This document shows, in pieces, positions 57,284 to 64,000 of a stretch of 64,000 nucleotides of DNA; position 1 is the stretch's first letter, and every line of letters starts with the position of its first letter. This stretch comes from a virus: IMG/VR virus record IMGVR_UViG_3300008267_000006, positions 47,488 through 111,487 of that record; one strand, 5' to 3'. Position numbers and translations under genes: made by a program. A model generated the notes under the pieces. That model searched no databases and had not been told where the DNA came from. It was given only the letters and a program-made list of their open reading frames with translations.

Positions 57284-58369
57284 TTATATATCCAACTTAA
57301 GTTTAAAAGTAAAGCTTCTATTTTCTGTTTTTCTTACTGGTTTTGCTAATTTAGCTATTGCTATAAGGTTTTTTTGATCATCATATATACCAATTTTAGA
57401 TATATATGTTTGTTTTTCTAAACTACCGCTATAGTTTTCATATGGATATTTTGTTATATTTTTAATTTTTACTACATCTGATTCAAAATATCTATCTGAA
57501 GAGGTCAATGGTGAAAGTGATATACGATCTGAATAATCAATATACGTTGGATTATTAGAATGATTTAGCTCTCCTTTGTCGGCATGGGCTAAAATCATTA
57601 AATTTTGTATATAATTTACGCCATTATAGCTTAAATCATAGCTTCCACTGTTAACGAGCAAACTTGAACCATTTCCAGATACTCCAGCAGACCAGTTTTT
57701 CCATGTAGCGGAAACACTTGGGATGTTTAGATCCCAAGATCCAGTTAAAACTATGACTCCATAGTTATATAGAACAACGCCAGCTACATTCCCAGCCGCC
57801 GATCCAGTTGTTTCTATTAATTCTCCATTTAATTTATTGTCCTCTAGTTTTGCAATAAGAGAGCCACTATAGTTAAATGATAGTTCAACTGATCCTTTTT
57901 CTATTTTTGAACCAAAAAGAACGGATGGGATGCTGACAATTGTTAATTCTTGATTCTCTTTGTTGCCATAACTTGAACTATATGAAAAATGCGGACTTAA
58001 TATTTGATTATATTCAAGAGCATTTCTTAAAGCATAAATTCTTTTTCTATTTGAAGTTATAAAAGAGGAATATGGCAAATATTCCACAGCTATTGATGCT
58101 GTTTGAGAGTAATTAAGTGTTACAGCATCCCCAAATTCAACAACATTTCTTTGTAAATTTGTTGTTGTCCTAAAGAATTCATCTCCGCTTTTTATTTTAT
58201 AAGCATAATAGCTGGAAGTGTCCGGAATATTTAAATAATTTAATCTTGCTTGTGGTTCATATGAATTATTTAAATAAATATTTTTCCCATATATTTTATA
58301 TTCAAAATTAGGGGTTGTTTTTATAGTATTTTTAAAAATATCATTTTTTTCAAATTTTTTCAAAGACAT
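57284..58369 (-). CDS. Baseplate/tail structural protein with tail-collar-like C-terminus
   Basis: GE.N.S.NPTY and TYISKIGIYD...LIAIAKLAKPVRK...KLD motifs. Confidence 0.7.
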   Translation of the reverse strand: MSLKKFEKNDIFKNTIKTTPNFEYKIYGKNIYLNNSYEPQARLNYLNIPDTSSYYAYKIKSGDEFFRTTTNLQRNVVEFGDAVTLNYSQTASIAVEYLPYSSFITSNRKRIYALRNALEYNQILSPHFSYSSSYGNKENQELTIVSIPSVLFGSKIEKGSVELSFNYSGSLIAKLEDNKLNGELIETTGSAAGNVAGVVLYNYGVIVLTGSWDLNIPSVSATWKNWSAGVSGNGSSLLVNSGSYDLSYNGVNYIQNLMILAHADKGELNHSNNPTYIDYSDRISLSPLTSSDRYFESDVVKIKNITKYPYENYSGSLEKQTYISKIGIYDDQKNLIAIAKLAKPVRKTENRSFTFKLKLDI

Positions 58370-58371
58370 TT

Positions 58372-59508
58372 TTAATAATCTAATCTAACTCTTAATATCA
58401 TTTCCTGGGTTGGATCTTTTTTGATTGGTTCTGATAATTTAGCAACTGCTAATAGTTCATTATCTGGTGAATATAGACCAACTGTAGTTATGTATGAACA
58501 AGGAGCATCTGCAACATTATTTTTGACTCTTATTCTGCTACCAGTCAAATAAGTTGGATTAGAACTATAATTAAACTCATTGTGACCAACGCGGCAGAAA
58601 TATATAGTTGAATTAAGTTCTGTTGTATTGTTTAGAGTTAGATTCTGAATTCTGTTACGGAACGCAGAAGCTGCATCATCAATACTACCAGTTTCAAATA
58701 GTTTTTGAACATTAGTATATACTGAACCTGTTCCTCTCATATCAACAGCATAATTTGCTGCTAATTTACCTTGTACGTTTCCTGATATAGATGACGTAAC
58801 AGCGTTTGAGCTAGTCATGGCAAAGATTGCTGTTGAGATAGCTGCAACACCAGCTTGATAGAAAATTAAGCCCACAGCCCTATCTGCTGGAGTTCCAGTT
58901 CCACCATTGTTTGATGCGCTGGTAAAGGAGCTAGCATATAGAACTCCATATTCGCCAGTTGGAGAATTAATTTTATAATTGGAACTACCGTTTGAATCAT
59001 TTATTAGACAGGTTGCATTAAATGGAGCAGCACTTGAAGAATTTATACCAAGAGTTAATTTAAAACTACCCTTTTTAATTTCATCTTTTGCGAGTAATCT
59101 ATTGAAATTAAGGAAGAATACTGAATTAAACTTATCATTTACTCCTCCTGTGGCTTGATCCCCGTCTTTGTCAAAGGCCATAATTGATCCAGTTGTATCA
59201 AAACCAACAAGAATTTGAGCCATTTGATTATATATATTTACTTTTTTAGATGCAAAAGAGTTAGAAGAGTTATAGCCAGGACTTCCGCTAACTACTCCAA
59301 TTGTCATATCCATTAATTGATTTGCCGATGAGCTTAAATATGGATAATCATAAACACTTTGAAACATTCCGTGTGCATATGATTTTACACTACTTGTTCC
59401 ATAAGTAGAACTAGAAAGAACAGAGCCAGTTAATGGTATGTTTTCGTAAAGAAGTGTCTTAGTTGTAACAACGTCGTCATCTAAAAAAGTCTTATAGGTA
59501 GTAGCCAT
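58372..59508 (-). CDS. Baseplate/tail structural protein, paralogue of the 57284 gene
   Basis: EFNYSSNPTY and YITTVGLY...LLAVAKLSEPIKK...RLDY motifs. Confidence 0.7.
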   Translation of the reverse strand: MATTYKTFLDDDVVTTKTLLYENIPLTGSVLSSSTYGTSSVKSYAHGMFQSVYDYPYLSSSANQLMDMTIGVVSGSPGYNSSNSFASKKVNIYNQMAQILVGFDTTGSIMAFDKDGDQATGGVNDKFNSVFFLNFNRLLAKDEIKKGSFKLTLGINSSSAAPFNATCLINDSNGSSNYKINSPTGEYGVLYASSFTSASNNGGTGTPADRAVGLIFYQAGVAAISTAIFAMTSSNAVTSSISGNVQGKLAANYAVDMRGTGSVYTNVQKLFETGSIDDAASAFRNRIQNLTLNNTTELNSTIYFCRVGHNEFNYSSNPTYLTGSRIRVKNNVADAPCSYITTVGLYSPDNELLAVAKLSEPIKKDPTQEMILRVRLDY

Positions 59509-59525
59509 TATATATAACCTCTATT

Positions 59526-60527
59526 TTAAGCAATGTGTTTGAAGATTACTACTGGGACTTCTAATGAATAACCAGTAGTTAAGCCAGTAATTCTTACTGT
59601 TGTGTTTATTGTTCTTAAGTTTGTAAATGGTGAACCATTATATAAATAATTTTGTGATACGTTATTTCCTATTTGTTGAAATAAATAATCGCTTAAAATT
59701 ATATCGTCTTTAGAAGTCAAAGAAAACTCTAAAGAAGTACCTCTGGCTCCCTTAATTATATCTGTATTAGAGTTAACGCTGGTTGAATTATCTGGATCTA
59801 GGTTTTTTACAAATGAATTACTACCATCTAAAGAAAAGAAATAAGCAGCAATATTGTCATCGTCTACATATGAATATTGAGCGTCAGTAACTGTTGAATT
59901 ATCACTTTGTATAATTCTAACTAATCTATTATCTACTTCAACAAGATATTGAGTTTCTTTTAGTTCTGGATCTATTGGTTTGGTTGCTGGAACATTTGTA
60001 TTATCTATGCCTTGATCAACTCTAATCCAAGTATTAGGATAAAGCGACCAACTTCCATTAATCATACCAACTCCTGATACTGGAGTTCCATCTACAGTCT
60101 TTATATTTCCAGCCTGTGCAACTGGGTCTGTAAAAAAAGTATATGCAGTTTTAGCATCTGCTGTTAATAAAAATCCATTTGTAACAACTGATTTATTTGA
60201 AAGGGTATTATTTTTTGCCTGTAGGTTGTTTAATTTTAAAATAGGTAGATACATATGAGTGTTGCTGGCAATAGTCATAAGTCTACTGTTAAGAGAGGAG
60301 ATGTTATTTGTAAACGCTTCAAATACTGGTGTTGTTAATATATCTAGATCAAAATAAGCACTGCCTCTAGAATCATCTCTATTGTAGAGAGCATAATTTA
60401 TTTCGTCATCTCCAAGAGCATATTTACTGATTCTAAAAGATCCATCGCCTTTCGCTAAACGCATTCTGCCGGTATCAGTTAAAACTGCATCTAATATTAT
60501 ATCTCCGCTATTATCTAAAAACGCCAT
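59526..60527 (-). CDS. Baseplate/tail structural protein with tail-collar-like N-terminus
   Basis: DAVLTDTGRMRLA.G...ISKYALGDDEINY; SD GGAG; late motif ACTATTTA at 60556-60563. Confidence 0.7.
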   Translation of the reverse strand: MAFLDNSGDIILDAVLTDTGRMRLAKGDGSFRISKYALGDDEINYALYNRDDSRGSAYFDLDILTTPVFEAFTNNISSLNSRLMTIASNTHMYLPILKLNNLQAKNNTLSNKSVVTNGFLLTADAKTAYTFFTDPVAQAGNIKTVDGTPVSGVGMINGSWSLYPNTWIRVDQGIDNTNVPATKPIDPELKETQYLVEVDNRLVRIIQSDNSTVTDAQYSYVDDDNIAAYFFSLDGSNSFVKNLDPDNSTSVNSNTDIIKGARGTSLEFSLTSKDDIILSDYLFQQIGNNVSQNYLYNGSPFTNLRTINTTVRITGLTTGYSLEVPVVIFKHIA

Positions 60528-60576
60528 TTATAATCTCCTATTTCTATATCTTCCTTAAATAGTATTAAAAATTAAT

Positions 60577-62457
60577 TTATCCTTTATTTACGTCAAATTT
60601 AACATTTAAGTCAATTTTTTTACCAGTTGAAATAGATGTTATTCTTATTTTAAAATTTTTGCCCCAGACAGAAGGTGTATAAGCTCCTACGTTTATTTTT
60701 TGCAATAAAGCTTGTCTATTTTGTCCCATAGGCTGATCTTCTAAAATTAGATGAGGCATTGATGGTTGGATAAAAAGATTTTTTTTAAGTTTTTTTGTTG
60801 ACTCTCTTAAAGAAGTTGGATCTTTAACAAAATCATATTCTCCTATTAAATGATAAATAACTCCACCATTATTAACTATCTCAAGAGTTAAAACTTTAGA
60901 AGGATTAGAGAAATGACCATGATAATCTATACCTCTAAATGCATAATAATATTTAACATTTGGTCTTAAATCGTTTTCTTCCCATGAAGCTCCAGAGCTT
61001 CCATTAGTTTCAACGGTAACTTTTTTACCTAAAACAAAGCTTTGATAATCATCTGGAGGCTGCTGTAATCTGTATATCTCAAATGTTTTATTTGGCTCAT
61101 CGTTAGAAAAAAGAACTTCTGGCTCTCCTCTATCAGCAGTTAAGCTTTGAGCTGAAAAAATTTTATCTCTTATTGACAATTCAGCTGGTGATAGAGTTAA
61201 TAAATTCTCTTTTGTTGTACCAGCGCCAGTATTTAAAAAAATCTTTACTTTTTTATCTTCATTTGCATAAGGAATAATTTCGACACCTGGTGGAACTGGT
61301 GGTGTATCGTATATAATACCAGCATATTCTGGTCCGTCTACTAAACGTAGATCAATAAAATTAGATGTAGAAAATTTTAATTTTGTAAGATCGGTATCTA
61401 TTTTATCTACAAAACATTTAACTCCAACACTAAGAACAATTAAAGATATTTTATATCTATATGTTTTATCATATTTTACTTGAGTGTCAACAAAATTCAT
61501 TATTGATTCTTGCGTGTTTGGTATATACCATTCTTGTAGTGAAGTGACACCAGATAATGTATCGTATTTTGTTATTTTATATGCTATAACTTCAGAATAT
61601 GTTTTTTTATTTTCTAAAACAATATCTTTATATGATAAACTTAAATTTTTTATAATATTATTTATTTTATGACTAAATTGTAAAAAGTTTTTTATATTTT
61701 TTTGATTTTCTTGATTTAATATCCAATTATCAAAACGAATTACATTATTATTAGTTAAACTTTTTTTACAAACATCTAAAACTTGGTCATATATTAAATG
61801 TTCTGTAAATAAATCATAAAAATGAGATAATTGTGAATCATTTTGCCAAGTAATATCAACATACATTGGAAATAAAATTTTATAATTATTTGTCTTCTTA
61901 AAAAATTCTTTTAAGTTTTGTATGTTTTCTGCTGCTATATTAATTGAATTACTAAAAATTTTTATTTTATCAGATGGGCTGACATTAAATGTCATATTTT
62001 CAAATATATCGTTATTGATGATATTTTTTGAATTTACTCCACCATAAATATCTTTAAACATTTCATATACTGATGGAAGGTTTGTCTCATGAACATTTTT
62101 AATGTTTTCTTCATATTTTTTTATTAAAAAATTATATATAAAATTAAAATTAGCAGTATAATAATCACCAGTGTCGATATCTAAATTCTTTATTTCTCCA
62201 TAAACCTCAGTAGAACTATCCGCAAGTGCTGCTATTTGCTCTGGTAATTCTTTTTTTGCTTCATATGGCACATTAACACTTGAATTTAAGTATTCAAAAC
62301 TTTTTGTCTGCTCAAAAAAGGACTGTTCATATCCAATATTATTTATTGTCCATTCATTATATTTTATTTTATCCCAAGAAGAATTATACCCATAAAAAAT
62401 TTTTGAAAAAATATCTTTTGAAGCTTCTGAGATAAAATCTATTTTTTTACCTGCCAT
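60577..62457 (-). CDS. Putative structural protein with fibronectin-III-like segments
   Basis: FVDTQVKYDKTYRY and FEIYR...L.PNVKYYY.FR.ID.HG..SNPS patterns. Confidence 0.6.
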   Translation of the reverse strand: MAGKKIDFISEASKDIFSKIFYGYNSSWDKIKYNEWTINNIGYEQSFFEQTKSFEYLNSSVNVPYEAKKELPEQIAALADSSTEVYGEIKNLDIDTGDYYTANFNFIYNFLIKKYEENIKNVHETNLPSVYEMFKDIYGGVNSKNIINNDIFENMTFNVSPSDKIKIFSNSINIAAENIQNLKEFFKKTNNYKILFPMYVDITWQNDSQLSHFYDLFTEHLIYDQVLDVCKKSLTNNNVIRFDNWILNQENQKNIKNFLQFSHKINNIIKNLSLSYKDIVLENKKTYSEVIAYKITKYDTLSGVTSLQEWYIPNTQESIMNFVDTQVKYDKTYRYKISLIVLSVGVKCFVDKIDTDLTKLKFSTSNFIDLRLVDGPEYAGIIYDTPPVPPGVEIIPYANEDKKVKIFLNTGAGTTKENLLTLSPAELSIRDKIFSAQSLTADRGEPEVLFSNDEPNKTFEIYRLQQPPDDYQSFVLGKKVTVETNGSSGASWEENDLRPNVKYYYAFRGIDYHGHFSNPSKVLTLEIVNNGGVIYHLIGEYDFVKDPTSLRESTKKLKKNLFIQPSMPHLILEDQPMGQNRQALLQKINVGAYTPSVWGKNFKIRITSISTGKKIDLNVKFDVNKG

Positions 62458-62468
62458 ATTTTATACCT

Positions 62469-64000
62469 TTAATATTGATCTCTTGTGCTTTTAATATTAT
62501 TTACTTTTCGTAATTTATAAGATCGAATTTGTTGCTCGTTTCTTATTTTTTGAAGTGTCGTTAACGATGCATTTTGTGGAGCAGTTAACGATGGAGCATT
62601 TGGAATAACAACGGAAGCAGCCCGAGGAGGAGAAGTTGTCTGCGACGGAATAAATGAAGCAGATCCTTGAGAAACAGGTATACTATCTTTTAAAAAGATA
62701 AAATATTGTCCATAAATTGGAAGTTGAATATTATGAAAACTATCAGTTTTAAAATGTATTGATGTAGTATACTTGGTTAATCTACAAAATATTTTTTCTC
62801 CATCAGACATATTAATGCTTTTTTCTTTTGAAAACATTTTCCATGAATTATCTTGCTGATCAAAAAACTCTATCATATGTATTGAATCATAATAAAATAA
62901 AAAATTACATGTTTTATCTAGATTTGTTCTTGGATCTAAATTATTTTTATTAATAAAGCTTGTTGATGCTTCTGATACATCAAAGTACGATTTTCCAATT
63001 GATATTTTATTATTATTTGTTGTTCTTGGAATAGGAATATTTGATATTTCATTATAGTTTTTAATAAATGATTTTATTTGATAAGGAGCAGTTTCCGCTA
63101 CTTGTTTTGGTATCTCTATATCTAAATTTACTTTTAATAATGTGTGAAGATTTGTTAAATCTATTTTATCGTTTATTTCATAAGAAGTAACTGATGCCTC
63201 TTGCTTAACTGTAGAGTTAGGTTGATTAAATGAAGATATAGCAGAATCAAAAGTTCTTTCTGGGATATAAATTGGATCGTTTTTTACTGACTTTTTTCTA
63301 TAATTTTCAATTGATACATTATAAGATGATAAATTTTCTAAAAATATATTATTTTTTATATTTGTTTCAGATAGTTCTTTTTTTGAATTATATTCTTTTA
63401 TTCTAGAAAAAATAGATTTTAAATCTATATCAAATCTTGAAGTAAGACTTGTTTTTTTTCCTTTTAAAGAAACATGAGTAGGAGTTTGAAATGTAATGTC
63501 TACTCCTCTCGATTTACTAGTGTCATATCTATCATCATAGTGATTTATATTTGTATTAAATAAGTCAGCTAATCTTGAATATCTAACAATTCCTTTTGGA
63601 TCGTCTTTATCTGTGCGATATCTTCCCGCTTCGTCTACAAAAAATGTATACCCGTAAGATAAGTCTTCTATTGAAACTATATCATTAAACCAATAAGTAT
63701 ATGTAAAGTTGCTTGATTTTATTGTTTTTATTGTTTTTTCTAATTCTAGACAACATTTTTGTAAAAATGAAACAAATAAATACATATCATCAATTGACGA
63801 GCCTGACGCATATGGATCATATATTGCTACATACATCCTAAATATTTCATCAACATCTCGTATATTATTTCCAGTATTTAATTTTTTTAAATTTTCAAAA
63901 GTTATTCTTAGGTTTTCAAAAAATTCTTCATTATTTTTATTGTATGTACTTTGATTAATATCAGTTGTTTTATTGCTACTATTAATAATATTATAATATA
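62469..64000 (-). CDS. Large hypothetical (probably baseplate-region) protein, 5' end outside the window
   Basis: The frame of ORF 62469-63836 remains open up to the window edge (checked codon by codon). Confidence 0.65.
   Translation of the reverse strand, partial: YYNIINSSNKTTDINQSTYNKNNEEFFENLRITFENLKKLNTGNNIRDVDEIFRMYVAIYDPYASGSSIDDMYLFVSFLQKCCLELEKTIKTIKSSNFTYTYWFNDIVSIEDLSYGYTFFVDEAGRYRTDKDDPKGIVRYSRLADLFNTNINHYDDRYDTSKSRGVDITFQTPTHVSLKGKKTSLTSRFDIDLKSIFSRIKEYNSKKELSETNIKNNIFLENLSSYNVSIENYRKKSVKNDPIYIPERTFDSAISSFNQPNSTVKQEASVTSYEINDKIDLTNLHTLLKVNLDIEIPKQVAETAPYQIKSFIKNYNEISNIPIPRTTNNNKISIGKSYFDVSEASTSFINKNNLDPRTNLDKTCNFLFYYDSIHMIEFFDQQDNSWKMFSKEKSINMSDGEKIFCRLTKYTTSIHFKTDSFHNIQLPIYGQYFIFLKDSIPVSQGSASFIPSQTTSPPRAASVVIPNAPSLTAPQNASLTTLQKIRNEQQIRSYKLRKVNNIKSTRDQY

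Noticed and set aside
818-63954. Numerous short plus-strand ORFs in the ORF track (e.g. 2027-2365, 6119-6544, 30004-30354, 38934-39314)
   Set aside because: They lie antisense to well-supported minus-strand genes, mostly start at non-ATG codons and lack SD or motif support; shadow ORFs.
1-64000. Alternative genetic code (stop-codon reassignment)
   Set aside because: Core genes are full length in the standard code, and TAA, TAG and TGA all occur as apparent true stops.

Overview
AT-rich, gene-dense 64 kb segment of a large T4-like myovirus (probably jumbo-sized). It covers most of the virion morphogenesis region, and every credible gene but one lies on the minus strand. In transcription order (high to low coordinates): baseplate/tail-collar-like genes, a gp15-like tail terminator, a ~23 kb array of modular fibre/decoration paralogues, RuvC-like resolvase, primase, a single-chain SbcD-SbcC (Mre11-Rad50, gp47-gp46) fusion, a holin/spanin-like trio, putative internal head proteins, terminase large subunit, portal with an HNH intein, a DUF1360-like CxxC membrane protein plus an unannotated 24-aa Cys-Cys peptide, prohead protease, a 1956-aa repeat fibre with three small paralogues, a divergent ribosomal protein bS21, scaffold, major capsid, neck proteins and tail sheath. 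Regulatory signals read from the DNA: (1) a candidate late promoter ACTA(T/A)TTAT whose core is the reverse complement of the T4 TATAAATA box; (2) strong Shine-Dalgarno sites; (3) a sigma70-type promoter nested against a terminator; (4) a mini-hairpin+AAGGA leader shared by four fibre genes. The best candidate for an undescribed system is a late translation-control layer (bS21, SD-led late genes, hairpin leaders) acting on a combinatorial fibre toolkit. All family assignments come from motif recognition by eye; no searches were run.
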